Virus record (IMG/VR): IMGVR_UViG_3300035501_000484
Span: 1 to 64,000 of that record
DNA: 64,000 nucleotides
From: a virus
Reading direction: 5' to 3' (one strand)
A program made the position numbers and the translations under genes. The notes below the pieces were generated by a model. The model did no database searches and was not told the origin of the DNA. It saw only the letters and a list, made by a program, of their open reading frames with translations. Below, piece by piece: positions 1-9,078 of this stretch. Every line of letters starts with the position of its first letter. Position 1 is the stretch's first letter.

Positions 1-65
1 CTCATTTGTATAATCTAATATTTGATTTATAGTTAAATTAAATTTTAATTCATCTTTATCCATTA

Positions 66-1628
66 TTAAAATGCACTCGATTCTATTTTAGGTTTAATTT
101 TTATCTTTAAATCTTCCATTGGAACTAGCTCATATTGATAATTTGTCGCAAACATAGGCTCTATTTTACAAGTTCCTCTGTTACTTTTACACCATAATAA
201 AATATCTTTATATCTACCTCTACGATTTTTATACACAGATATTTTAATACTAGGATTTTCAAATCCGCCAGACCTAATAACATCTTCAAGAGCAGTTAAG
301 TCATTTTGGCTTGTCTCTAACATAATCATACCTAGGTCTATTTTGTCAGCAATCGATTTTGCACCCCTCAAAAGGTTCTGGTCATATTGCTCTGCAGTCC
401 GATAATCCGCATTTAACTGAGTGGCTGTCATAATAAAAACTCCATATTGATTACATAAATCTTTTATTCTAATTGAAATCATAAAAAGAATATTATCCTC
501 TCTTAATCCTTTTACTCCAGCTTTTGAACTAACTTCACCCAATATTTTCATACTAGAATGAATATAATCAAAAAAGATATATTTAGTTCCATATTCGCGG
601 ATTCCGCGCTTAATAGTATTTTCAATATCTTTTAAAGAAAAATCTGGTAATTGCTCTACATATAAAGGACATTTCTTTAAAAGATTAGCTGCATAACAAA
701 CTCTCTCCCATTCTCCGACATAATATTCTCCATTAAGAATATGCTCTTCATCAACATCAGATAAAAATGCTATCATCATAGTTTGAATTTCATCTAATTC
801 CTGTTCTGTAGAAATAAACATTGCAGGCTCTCTAGTACCATTATTTATCCATTTTTGTTCTGATGAACTATATATTTCATCACAAGCAATAGAACAAACA
901 TCAGCAATCATTGAACGAGTTTTACCAACTCCTGTCGCGGCAGACCGCAAATAAAACTTTTTAAGTCTTGCTCCGCGAGTTACTGTATTCACTAATGGTC
1001 CATAAAGCGGATATCCAATTTCAGGAGTCTCTTTAAGTTGCTGTAGGAGCTCTATAGCACCATCTCCCGCGTTTTGAATACCACCTTGACTATTATCAGC
1101 ATATTTTAAACGAATATCAGTAATTTTTTTATCAATTAAATCAGCTATATCGTCTATTGGAGTATTATCTAACCAATCTTCTTGAGCTTGCTTCTTTTTT
1201 AAATCAGTTATATTATCAATGTCATATAACCAAGTTAAATCCATACCAATACTTTGATACATTCTTAATAAAGTCATTTTTTTCATTCTATTGTAATAAT
1301 ACTCAAAAGCTGCAAACTGTGTATTTTGACTTATCTTTTGAAGGTATTCCGCACCTTTATTAACTTTATATACAGCCAATTGTTTTGGACGTTGCTCTAA
1401 ATAATCTTCTATTGCATTTAGACTAATTTCTTTTACACCTAAAGCGTGTAAATTATAAATAGAACCAAAAAGAATTTTATGAAATTCTTCTGTAAAATCT
1501 TCTTCATTAAAATAATATTTATCATCTTCATCAAGTAAAGAAGGATAATTATATATTGCTCCTATGACTTGAATAATAGATGGTATATCTACATATTTAG
1601 ACACTATCACTTTCCTCACTATCATCAA
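66..1628 (-). CDS. DnaB-like replicative DNA helicase
   Basis: 520 aa. RecA-fold P-loop (SAATGVGKT), a DnaB-like motif (KGLREDNILFMISIRIKDL ... IMTATQLNAD) and a C-terminal KNRRGRY close to the DnaB KNRNG motif. Confidence 0.65.
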   Translation of the reverse strand: MMIVRKVIVSKYVDIPSIIQVIGAIYNYPSLLDEDDKYYFNEEDFTEEFHKILFGSIYNLHALGVKEISLNAIEDYLEQRPKQLAVYKVNKGAEYLQKISQNTQFAAFEYYYNRMKKMTLLRMYQSIGMDLTWLYDIDNITDLKKKQAQEDWLDNTPIDDIADLIDKKITDIRLKYADNSQGGIQNAGDGAIELLQQLKETPEIGYPLYGPLVNTVTRGARLKKFYLRSAATGVGKTRSMIADVCSIACDEIYSSSEQKWINNGTREPAMFISTEQELDEIQTMMIAFLSDVDEEHILNGEYYVGEWERVCYAANLLKKCPLYVEQLPDFSLKDIENTIKRGIREYGTKYIFFDYIHSSMKILGEVSSKAGVKGLREDNILFMISIRIKDLCNQYGVFIMTATQLNADYRTAEQYDQNLLRGAKSIADKIDLGMIMLETSQNDLTALEDVIRSGGFENPSIKISVYKNRRGRYKDILLWCKSNRGTCKIEPMFATNYQYELVPMEDLKIKIKPKIESSAF

Positions 1629-2118
1629 AATTAAATAATCTTATAGTTTTAGTTTTAGCTTCTGGCGGATATATTTCAACTGTTTTTACTTTTGGTTTAT
1701 ATTCTTCTATATCCTTATCTTCATTTGCCAATTTTGCTAAATATAAACTATAATAATACTGACAAGCCTGCTCATAAATATATGGAACTATTCCTAAACC
1801 GCCATTAGCTTTCTCTGTAGAATTACCTTTAATTTCATACCAATAAACTAAAGTTTTTAATATACCACTATAAGTATAATTATATTGTTCTTGATATTCT
1901 TTTAATTGTTTTCTTATTCTAGCATTAACATAAGGCATATCAAATAGTTTCATAATATATTTTTCAAGAGCTTCTAAATCTTTTTGTTCTTGAGTTTTAC
2001 TTGCCTCGCCCTTTTCTGCACATTCTTTATGAGCATAACGACGTGCGGAAACTTGGATAGTAGGAACTTTATCTCGGTCAAACTTTTTTTTACAATAAAT
2101 GCAAGTTACCATATGCAT
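1597..2118 (-). CDS. hypothetical Cys-rich zinc-finger protein with acidic C-terminal tail
   Basis: 173 aa. CxxC...HKEC near the N-terminus and an acidic tail FDDSEESDSV. Sits between the helicase and ATPase genes. Confidence 0.3.
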   Translation of the reverse strand: MHMVTCIYCKKKFDRDKVPTIQVSARRYAHKECAEKGEASKTQEQKDLEALEKYIMKLFDMPYVNARIRKQLKEYQEQYNYTYSGILKTLVYWYEIKGNSTEKANGGLGIVPYIYEQACQYYYSLYLAKLANEDKDIEEYKPKVKTVEIYPPEAKTKTIRLFNFDDSEESDSV

Positions 2119-2158
2119 AGTTATTGACCTCTTTCACTTTAATATTTTCTATAATTAT

Positions 2159-2187
2159 ATTATAACATATTTTTTTAAATAAATCAA
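2159..2187 (-). promoter_or_regulatory. consensus sigma70-type promoter (TTGATT, 17 nt spacer, TATAAT)
   Basis: Minus strand reads TTGATT + 17 nt + TATAAT, upstream of the 1597..2118 gene. One member of a repeat family of about 30 copies. Confidence 0.55.
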
Positions 2188-2215
2188 AAAGAGGCTCGCC
2201 TTTAAAGCTAGCCTC
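2183..2215 (-). terminator. rho-independent terminator (hairpin plus U-run) after the ATPase gene
   Basis: gaggct...agcctc hairpin at 2191-2215. On the minus strand it is followed by a U-run (plus-strand aaaaa at 2185-2190). Confidence 0.5.
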
Positions 2216-2225
2216 ATTTTTTTCT

Positions 2226-3179
2226 TTATTCATTTGCTGGATTTAAATTTTCTGTTAATTCTTTTAAATCCGTAATGATTAAATCAAGTGCTTCTACTTG
2301 GTCACGAGAACATTGATTTACTTTCTGACCTTTACCAAGATATTTGTCAGTAATCTGAACAATTCTTGGTTGCCAATAACTCTTAAAGTATTCTTCTGAA
2401 TTATTTACAATTAAATTATTAACAATAGAATTAAAACTATCAACTAATTCATCAAAATCTAATTCTTGTGTAACATTAGAATATAAGTTATTTCTTTCAT
2501 TGGTAAAGTATTCAGTACCATCTTCCGCAGCTTGTTTATCAATAGCATCACTAATAGCTTTTACTAATGCATTATAATTAAAATCTATATAATCTGGTGT
2601 ATACTTAAAACGGCTGCCTGCTATATAACGTGGTGTACCTCGCATAAATAGCTTTGTAGAAGTTGTTCCATCTTCATTTTGAATTGCTCTTGAATATGCT
2701 ATAATATCGCACATTCTTGAAACTATATTACGAGCTTTACTTCCTAATGTTGGAACAATCTGATTAAACTCGTTACCTTGTTCATCTTTAAAAGTTTTAT
2801 CAGCCGCATGACTAATTAAAACTAGACCATAGTCCATCTGAACAATACTTCTTAAACATTCATCAAATTCTTTAGCTACCATTGTATATCCCTTACCATA
2901 AGGAATATCTCCAACTGCGTCTACACCAAAACTGCCGTCTCCACGAGGAGCATTTGCACAAATATATTTCTCACAATCATCATATGCAATATCCGCAGTA
3001 TCAATAATTATAGTTTCGTACATCGCCTTAACATTTTCATCTTTAAGTTGTCTTAAAACCTTTTTAAATTCAGACCAAGAATTAATAGGTTGAGCCATCG
3101 CACCTGGAATTGCGTTATATCCTTTTTCAAAGGCTAATAACAAATGCCTAGGAAATTTAGTGGCTATTGTGGTTTTACC
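2226..3179 (-). CDS. AAA_24/Sak4-like RecA-type ATPase, exon 2 (GKTTIATKF... onwards)
   Basis: The ORF begins right after a stop with TTG-GGT-AAA-ACC, in the middle of a Walker A box. Joined to exon 1 the P-loop reads GEPKSGKTT, and LLLAFEKG/IIIDT match the AAA_24 fold. Confidence 0.7.
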   Translation of the reverse strand, partial: GKTTIATKFPRHLLLAFEKGYNAIPGAMAQPINSWSEFKKVLRQLKDENVKAMYETIIIDTADIAYDDCEKYICANAPRGDGSFGVDAVGDIPYGKGYTMVAKEFDECLRSIVQMDYGLVLISHAADKTFKDEQGNEFNQIVPTLGSKARNIVSRMCDIIAYSRAIQNEDGTTSTKLFMRGTPRYIAGSRFKYTPDYIDFNYNALVKAISDAIDKQAAEDGTEYFTNERNNLYSNVTQELDFDELVDSFNSIVNNLIVNNSEEYFKSYWQPRIVQITDKYLGKGQKVNQCSRDQVEALDLIITDLKELTENLNPANE

Positions 3180-4293
3180 CAATTAGTTATTAACTGTAAG
3201 TTTTTTATCTTACACTCTGGAGATTACTCTCATTTTCATCGACTGGTTATTTCCAATCCAGTTTAGCGTACCTTCTCTTCCTTATTTAAGGAAGTCGCAG
3301 ACTCTTGGCTTTACTATATTCTATTATTTTGTTTCTTCCATTCTATATATTTATTATATTTTCTTTGAAGATAAAAACTATTTGTTTTATTCATAATTTG
3401 ATACATAGAATCTAAAATTTGTATAACATCTTTAGTCGAATAAGTTAAAGTATAATAATTCTCTCTACTAGGGTCTTTATATACTTCCTTATGACTATTA
3501 ATTTTTTGATTAATTATTTTTGCAAAATCTTCTAAAATTGTTTTATCATATGAGCAAATTTCAAATCTACAAGTTGTTCCATCATTTTTAAAACAACCAT
3601 CGCCATCATAATATCCTAAAATATAAGCTAATTTAAAGTCATCATTTTCAAATTGAGGTAAGTGGATTCCTTTATAAGTTTTATTTGGAACAATATCATA
3701 TTTAACTAATTTATTTTTATGATTTTCACTACTCCAACTTAATTCTGAAATTTGAAATCCTTGATTAGTTTCATAATCTAAAATTTCTCTTTCAGAGTTT
3801 AATTCTTTCTGAATTTTTTCAAGAATTTCTCTATCTACTGAACTTAGTCCTATTTTTATTCTATTTCTATCTGATGCTACAGAACCATCTGCCGCAAGAA
3901 AACCAAGTAGCCATGCTTTTTGACAAGTATCTATATTATCAAAATAAGTATGATTAACTTTCTTTCCTCTCTCTTGATTAGTAATTTTATTTTGCTCAGC
4001 TCTAGTTCTTATTTTAATTCCATTATCAATAAGAATTTTTTTAATTTTTGCTCCATATGTATTATATTTATTTGCAATAAAACTTAAAGATTTTCCTTCA
4101 TTATATAATTGAATCATATCTTGGATGTCCATATGTGTAACATTCTCCTTTAAAATAATAGTTTCAAAAGCTACGCGTTGCGTGTGTTATAATTGTTATA
4201 TTATAACTTCCCTTCGGATTCATCTAAATAGAAGTTCCCGATTTTTCTGCGATGTGAACTTTATAGTTACCTATAAAGAGAGCAGTTTTATTT
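3180..4293 (-). mobile_element. group I-type intron (about 1114 nt) interrupting the AAA_24 ATPase gene, carrying a LAGLIDADG homing endonuclease ORF
   Basis: Exon 1 (4294..4380) ends ...CCAAAGAGU and is followed by an in-frame stop. The intron starts AAAUAAAACUGCUCU, where GCUCU can pair with exon AGAGU to give P1 with a U.G at the splice site. The intron's last nucleotide is G (plus-strand c at 3180) just before GGT AAA ACC. About 295 nt of non-ORF intron remain for the ribozyme core. Confidence 0.6.
3314..4132 (-). CDS. LAGLIDADG homing endonuclease (double-motif, intron-encoded)
   Basis: Two LAGLIDADG motifs, LLGFLAADGSV and ILGYYDGDGCF. Own RBS, AAAGGAGA 9 nt upstream of the ATG at 4132. 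Confidence 0.8.
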   Translation of the reverse strand: MDIQDMIQLYNEGKSLSFIANKYNTYGAKIKKILIDNGIKIRTRAEQNKITNQERGKKVNHTYFDNIDTCQKAWLLGFLAADGSVASDRNRIKIGLSSVDREILEKIQKELNSEREILDYETNQGFQISELSWSSENHKNKLVKYDIVPNKTYKGIHLPQFENDDFKLAYILGYYDGDGCFKNDGTTCRFEICSYDKTILEDFAKIINQKINSHKEVYKDPSRENYYTLTYSTKDVIQILDSMYQIMNKTNSFYLQRKYNKYIEWKKQNNRI

Positions 4294-4380
4294 ACTCTTT
4301 GGCTCTCCATAGAAGAAGACTGAATAACCCCTAAGGTCTCGACTAACTTGATGAGGCTGTATATTTAATAAATCTATCAT
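4294..4380 (-). CDS. AAA_24/Sak4-like ATPase, exon 1 (MIDLLNIQPHQVSRDLRGYSVFFYGEPKS)
   Basis: RBS GGAGAAAA and ATG at 4380. 29 codons ending in the first half of the Walker A box; an in-frame TAA follows unless spliced to 3179. Confidence 0.65.
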
Positions 4381-4449
4381 GCTATATATTTTCTCCTTAT
4401 TTATTATCAATTTAAACTAGAAATATAAGGGCTTCCGCCCTTATATTAT

Positions 4450-5406
4450 TTAGAAATTAAATCCGCCCTTCTTTGCAGGAGCTGTTTCAACTGGACCTCC
4501 AAAAGCATTTGGAGTAGTATTCTTAGATGCCTGAGAAGCTTGCCACTCTTCTCTTCTCTTCTTAACTTCTGCCAGCATAACTTCTCTATTTTGACAAGCT
4601 GTTCTTACCTCATCAGCAGTTAAAATCTTTTCATCTCCAAAATCATAAGGAACCTTTGCAGTGCCTGTAACAACCCACTCCTTAGTTTTCTTTTCATAAG
4701 TCTTAACTGAAGCTTCTCCAAATGCAGACTCTTCTGTTCTTTCAATAGTGGCTGTTGTACAATTAATCTTACCCCATACTTTAGTATAAACTGGCTCTGC
4801 ATTAGTTACATCTAAATTCATAAAATACTTCATACCCTGTTCATTACGAACAATAAATTCAACAGGTAACAAATCATTTCTAAAATTAAATACCGCTCCC
4901 TTAATGGTTACATATGGATTAGAGATATTCTTCTCTTCATCTGCCTCAACTGCTGTTACAGAAGTAATTAACATATCTACATTAAATGTATTTCTCTCAT
5001 TTTCTGGACATAACTCTGTTACTATAGTAACAAATCCGCCCTCATTCATCTTTACAGATACTAAATTATCATCTTGTGTATAAAAATCATTTAATGCAAG
5101 AGCTGTATCAATCTTTACTTTTGTTGCAGCATCTTTGCCATCTGTAATCCAAGCCTTGCCCTCTTCTATAATCTTCTTTAAAGCTGTAAATGTAGCGTTC
5201 TTTCCGCCATTCTTTGTAGTTTCAGTTACATATGTAAAATGTACTTGAATAACATTAAGTCCCTCTTCATCAACAGCAATATCTATATTACCATTAATAA
5301 ATTCTTTTCCAAAATTAGCAGACTGCTGATTTTGAACTGTCTTTATCGCTAATTCATGCTGATAAACTCTACCTTCAATATGTTCTTGATTTAATGCTTT
5401 CCTCAT
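4450..5406 (-). CDS. hypothetical protein, possibly a phage ssDNA-binding or annealing-associated protein
   Basis: 318 aa directly upstream of the Sak4-like ATPase gene. The C-terminal ...GGFNF tail is reminiscent of SSB tails. No catalytic motif found. Confidence 0.25.
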   Translation of the reverse strand: MRKALNQEHIEGRVYQHELAIKTVQNQQSANFGKEFINGNIDIAVDEEGLNVIQVHFTYVTETTKNGGKNATFTALKKIIEEGKAWITDGKDAATKVKIDTALALNDFYTQDDNLVSVKMNEGGFVTIVTELCPENERNTFNVDMLITSVTAVEADEEKNISNPYVTIKGAVFNFRNDLLPVEFIVRNEQGMKYFMNLDVTNAEPVYTKVWGKINCTTATIERTEESAFGEASVKTYEKKTKEWVVTGTAKVPYDFGDEKILTADEVRTACQNREVMLAEVKKRREEWQASQASKNTTPNAFGGPVETAPAKKGGFNF

Positions 5407-5459
5407 GCTTTATTATCTCCTTATTATTTTACTATTTCTTTTATTTATCTTATACTAAA

Positions 5460-5489
5460 ATTATATCAAAATTTTTAAATAATGTCAAT
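5460..5489 (-). promoter_or_regulatory. consensus promoter TTGACA, 17 nt spacer, TATAAT
   Basis: Minus strand reads ATTGACATTATTTAAAAATTTTGATATAAT, upstream of the 4450..5406 gene. Confidence 0.55.
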
Positions 5490-5856
5490 TTAAATCTTTA
5501 CTTTTGCCTTTATCAGTAATTGAATAAGCTACTGGGTCTGAACCTATCTTTTCAACAAAACCTTCTGTTACTAACTTTTTCATTGAACCTGACACTGAAC
5601 GAGAAGATACAAACAATCCTTCTCCAATTTCTTTAGATTTAAATATATTATTATATTTCTCATAATTATTCTGCATAAAAGCAAGAATTTTTATTCCATT
5701 TTCAGTTAATTCTACTTTATCTTTTGTTTTATTATTTTTTAATTCATCAAAATATTCTAATGCCATTTTAGTAGTTTCATCTTTACTTATCTCTGTAATA
5801 TCAAGAGGATTAAGCAATTCTTCTACCATTTTAATAAACGCTTCTTTTTTTGTCAT
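5485..5856 (-). CDS. hypothetical protein, possible winged-helix DNA-binding protein
   Basis: 123 aa. The C-terminal region (SRSVSGSMKKLVTEGFVEKIG) looks like a MarR-type recognition helix and wing. Confidence 0.25.
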   Translation of the reverse strand: MTKKEAFIKMVEELLNPLDITEISKDETTKMALEYFDELKNNKTKDKVELTENGIKILAFMQNNYEKYNNIFKSKEIGEGLFVSSRSVSGSMKKLVTEGFVEKIGSDPVAYSITDKGKSKDLN

Positions 5857-5938
5857 TTATTTTAATCTTCCTTTAATATAATTATTTTATTTATTTATTT
5901 ATTTTATAATTATATTATATAATAATTTAATTAATAAA

Positions 5939-6814
5939 TCAATTATTATTTATAAACAATAGCTCATTGGCATAAGGAAGAGTTTTTGCATATTCTATAA
6001 ATTGATGCCATTCTGTAAGTTTATGTCCTTCACGCTGTTTGCATATAGATAAAATATTTTCATAGTTCATTGTTACTGTGCGGGTTTGTAGCCAAGATTC
6101 TGGTAGCCAACGAATTAATTCTTTCCAATATCTTTTATCTTTTGTTTTAAGATACCTTTGTCTTAAACTTTCTAAAAAATCAATCATATCAGAAAGAAAA
6201 GTATCTCCATCATCAAAACTATAAATATAATTATTTGCATCATATCCACTTAATGTTTCTGTTAATTGATTATCAATTTCATAAATACTATTAATATCAT
6301 CAGTTTCAAAACAATCAATAGTAATAGGAGTTGAAGCTAGCTTATGCATGGTAGAAGTAGAATTGCGTACAGTTCCAATGAGGTAGGTATCAAATTCTTT
6401 CCACCAATATATCGGAGCCGTAATATCAACAGATAAAAAAATTTGACGCAAAAATTTACGATGCTCTGAACCAGCTTTTATTAACCTTTGAGCTAAATCT
6501 AAATCATTTGGACCAAGAAAAGCAACTTCATAATAATCATCTATATCATTTCTATATAATAATCCATTCATCATAAACCATTTATCATATTTATTTTCAA
6601 GTTCAATTCTTTCATCTTCATGCTCTCCAAAATGTTCGCCATAATATTCAGGCTTTTCTTTTTCTGCCCATACAGCTGCCATATCATAATCAATATCTGA
6701 ATCTACATCAACTATTCCAAAATAACTATCACTTTTATTCCAACTTTCAAGAGGATTCCTCATTCCTCTAAAAGCCCCTTCAAAATTCATAACTCTACCA
6801 TTCTTAAATTCCAT
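5939..6814 (-). CDS. hypothetical protein with weak ThyX-like segments but no RHR motif
   Basis: 291 aa. APIYWWKEF resembles ThyX APIFVARQWF, but the catalytic RHR...S is absent. Confidence 0.2.
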   Translation of the reverse strand: MEFKNGRVMNFEGAFRGMRNPLESWNKSDSYFGIVDVDSDIDYDMAAVWAEKEKPEYYGEHFGEHEDERIELENKYDKWFMMNGLLYRNDIDDYYEVAFLGPNDLDLAQRLIKAGSEHRKFLRQIFLSVDITAPIYWWKEFDTYLIGTVRNSTSTMHKLASTPITIDCFETDDINSIYEIDNQLTETLSGYDANNYIYSFDDGDTFLSDMIDFLESLRQRYLKTKDKRYWKELIRWLPESWLQTRTVTMNYENILSICKQREGHKLTEWHQFIEYAKTLPYANELLFINNN

Positions 6815-6815
6815 T

Positions 6816-7526
6816 CTATTCTCCCCTTTCGTTTTTCTTATTCAATTCTTCTGCAAGATTGGAAACAAAATTTTCTAAATTAGTGTTTTTATTAACTCTA
6901 TATAATAAAATGTTATTATTTTTACAATACTCATTTTTTAAATTATCTATATATACTAATCTTTCATAGTCTTCTTTGGTCATTTTCCAGTTATTGTCAA
7001 ATTGAAAATGTTGACGACCATCATATTCAACTAAACAAAAAATATTATTTAGATTATCATAAATTACAAAATCAAAACGAACTTTGTAATTTTTATCAGT
7101 CTTTAAATCAGAAAAAGAAAATTGTGTACTATAAAAAATATCATATTTATTAAATAAATATTTTAATTGTGTTTCTCCCCATGAGTTCGTGCAACCACAC
7201 CCTAAAGATTTTCCAGAAGTTAAATTGCCTCTAAAAACGTCTTTCTCTTCTCCGCATTTGCACTTACAATGCCAATAATTTGATTTATTAGCTTTATATA
7301 AAACTGTCCAATTTCCAAACTGACGCCCAGTTAAATTATCTTTGATGCCAGTTTTTCTTTTATTAGAAGCAGCGCAACTTCTACATTTTTGATATAAATT
7401 ATCGCTTCGTACACTTCTTATACTTTTACATATTTGACATTCGCAGACCCAATATTCTCGTTTCTTAGAAAAATCTCTTTCTATAATTTTATTAGTCCCA
7501 AAAATGTCTCCATTCTTTAAATTCAT
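6816..7526 (-). CDS. zinc-ribbon plus DUF559/Vsr-like (PD-(D/E)XK) endonuclease-domain protein, putative homing-type endonuclease
   Basis: Several CxxC pairs in the N-terminal half. The C-terminus has FDFVIYD...LVEYDGRQHF, typical of DUF559 endonuclease domains. Start chosen at MNLKNG (ATG 7526) so it abuts the stop of the upstream gene; the track start at 7607 overlaps that gene by 80 nt. Confidence 0.4.
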   Translation of the reverse strand: MNLKNGDIFGTNKIIERDFSKKREYWVCECQICKSIRSVRSDNLYQKCRSCAASNKRKTGIKDNLTGRQFGNWTVLYKANKSNYWHCKCKCGEEKDVFRGNLTSGKSLGCGCTNSWGETQLKYLFNKYDIFYSTQFSFSDLKTDKNYKVRFDFVIYDNLNNIFCLVEYDGRQHFQFDNNWKMTKEDYERLVYIDNLKNEYCKNNNILLYRVNKNTNLENFVSNLAEELNKKNERGE

Positions 7527-7527
7527 T

Positions 7528-8499
7528 TTATTTTCCCACCCCATGGTTAGAATTATATCCAAAATTATAGGAATCATAAAGCTCAATATAATATTTTTCT
7601 TTTTCATTTAATAAATCTCGCGGGCATTCTTCCAAAAGCTCCCAAGAGAAAGACCATAAACCATATTCTTGCATAGCTTGATATAATTTATTATTTGCGG
7701 GAGTGTCGATTCCAAGTCCGCATTTCGCGTGTTCCGCCCATCTAGTTGCAATATCAGACGCTTGACCGATGTAACATTCTCCAGTTTCTATATTTGTAAT
7801 TTTATAAATACCAGTTATTGTTTTAGTTCCAAGTATATTTGCTGATAATGCTTTTAAAGGTTTTTGGAACCAAGTTTGCCATATTAACATACTAAGCACA
7901 CGAGGCTTGTTCAAAGTCTTTTTAACCTGCTCCAGCCGTGTTATATCAGTTTTATCTATATCAGAAATTTGTAGACAATAGAAAGCTAAATCATTTTGAA
8001 TTTCTTTTTCTCTTACTCTTGCTTGAATACTTGCGGCAAGTGTATCTTTAAGTTTTTGAAGTTCTTGATTAGTTTTATTAAATTCTATATTTAAAGTTTC
8101 TATTTTTTTCTTATATGCGGTTTCCGCATTTTGATATTGTAATTCTAGATTTTCAAAATATTTATTACTTGCATAATCAGTATTTTGTCTATAAATTTTT
8201 AATTGTTCAGAAATTTGATTTTTTTCATTTTCATATAATTCTTCAATTTTTTCTTTTTCTTTTGTAATATCTTCTAATAACTTTGTTTTCTCATAGGAAA
8301 GATTTAATATTTCTTGTTGTATTTTTTCTTTTTCTTTTATTTCATTATCTTTATTTACTTTAATATTATGAGCTTTATTCATAACATTATAGCTGATAAT
8401 AATAAAAATAATACCAATAATAAGAACTACTAAACTTAACATTTCTAAAAAGGTTATTTTAAGCACCTCCATATAAGAAAAATGGATTAAGTTTATCAC
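7528..8499 (-). CDS. membrane-anchored coiled-coil protein with C-terminal GIY-YIG nuclease domain
   Basis: N-terminal TM segment (LVVLIIGIIFIIISY), long coiled coil, then GIYKITNIETGECYIGQA...RWAEH, a GIY-YIG motif. Confidence 0.55.
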   Translation of the reverse strand: MINLIHFSYMEVLKITFLEMLSLVVLIIGIIFIIISYNVMNKAHNIKVNKDNEIKEKEKIQQEILNLSYEKTKLLEDITKEKEKIEELYENEKNQISEQLKIYRQNTDYASNKYFENLELQYQNAETAYKKKIETLNIEFNKTNQELQKLKDTLAASIQARVREKEIQNDLAFYCLQISDIDKTDITRLEQVKKTLNKPRVLSMLIWQTWFQKPLKALSANILGTKTITGIYKITNIETGECYIGQASDIATRWAEHAKCGLGIDTPANNKLYQAMQEYGLWSFSWELLEECPRDLLNEKEKYYIELYDSYNFGYNSNHGVGK

Positions 8500-8523
8500 T
8501 TAATCCATTTAAATTGTCATTAT

Positions 8524-8793
8524 TTATTCCTCTGTTTGAGCATCAGGGTTAAATGCGAGTCCCTTTTCGGTCAAACGGATTAGCTTTACTGGCTTATGAG
8601 TTCCGTCTGGAAGCTCTACTTCTGCAGGAATACGTTCCATAAGCTCTTTCTTCTGAAATGCTGATGTTACAATTCCATTTACCTGTTTTGTCTCTAATCC
8701 TGTTGCTTCAGCAATATCTGCTGCTGTAATATTCTGACCATTAACGCTCTTTACGTAATTAAAAACCTTGAGGCTATTTTCCTTTAATGCCAT
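8524..8793 (-). CDS. small winged-helix DNA-binding protein (transcription regulator-like)
   Basis: 89 aa. ITAADIAEATGLETKQVNGIVTSAFQKKELMER reads as an HTH plus wing. Confidence 0.35.
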   Translation of the reverse strand: MALKENSLKVFNYVKSVNGQNITAADIAEATGLETKQVNGIVTSAFQKKELMERIPAEVELPDGTHKPVKLIRLTEKGLAFNPDAQTEE

Positions 8794-8838
8794 TATTTTA
8801 TCTCCTTTAACTTCTTATAAATTATTTTATTTAATATT

Positions 8839-8867
8839 ATTATATCAAAAAATTTTTATTATGTCAA
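8839..8867 (-). promoter_or_regulatory. consensus promoter TTGACA, 17 nt spacer, TATAAT
   Basis: Minus strand reads TTGACATAATAAAAATTTTTTGATATAAT, upstream of the 8524..8793 gene. Confidence 0.55.
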
Positions 8868-9047
8868 TAATTTTTTCTTTATGATATAACTATCTACTTT
8901 AATTGCATCCTCTAAAGAGAGAGAGTCCATAATATCTTTAATTTTCTTTCTATTCTCTTGAACATTTTTGCCCAATTGCAATTCTTTTTCTAAGTCCACT
9001 AACTTATTAGCTATTATTTTTATATATTTATTTCTTTTATCTTTCAT
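8859..9047 (-). CDS. hypothetical small coiled-coil protein
   Basis: 62 aa ORF with the promoter motif upstream at about 9050-9080. Confidence 0.3.
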   Translation of the reverse strand: MKDKRNKYIKIIANKLVDLEKELQLGKNVQENRKKIKDIMDSLSLEDAIKVDSYIIKKKLLT

Positions 9048-9078
9048 ATAAATATTGTATCAAAAATTTTTAAAAAAA

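Noticed and set aside
1157-1363. Short plus-strand ORFs overlapping long minus-strand genes (e.g. 1157..1363, 4125..4334, 9864..10112, 10182..10403, 16868..17137, 17749..17958, 18258..18440, 19450..19641, 19661..19864, 21704..21898, 33510..33695, 37802..38038, 38328..38510, 51129..51317, 57734..58060, 63221..63421) and minus-strand nested ORFs (4620..4802, 13853..14056, 19722..19934, 20643..20852, 26640..26906, 27198..27383, 36218..36403)
   Set aside because: All are under 110 aa, lie antisense to or nested within well-supported longer ORFs, and lack RBS/promoter context. Treated as frame artefacts in AT-rich DNA.
3314-4132. Intein interpretation of the LAGLIDADG element in the ATPase gene
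   Set aside because: Exon 1 is followed by an in-frame TAA, the endonuclease has its own RBS and ATG and is not in frame with the exons, and the boundaries fit group I conventions (U before the 5' splice site, terminal G). An intron is preferred over an intein.
5939-6814. ThyX (flavin-dependent thymidylate synthase) call
   Set aside because: Segments resemble ThyX (APIYWW...), but the catalytic RHR...S motif is absent. Left as hypothetical.
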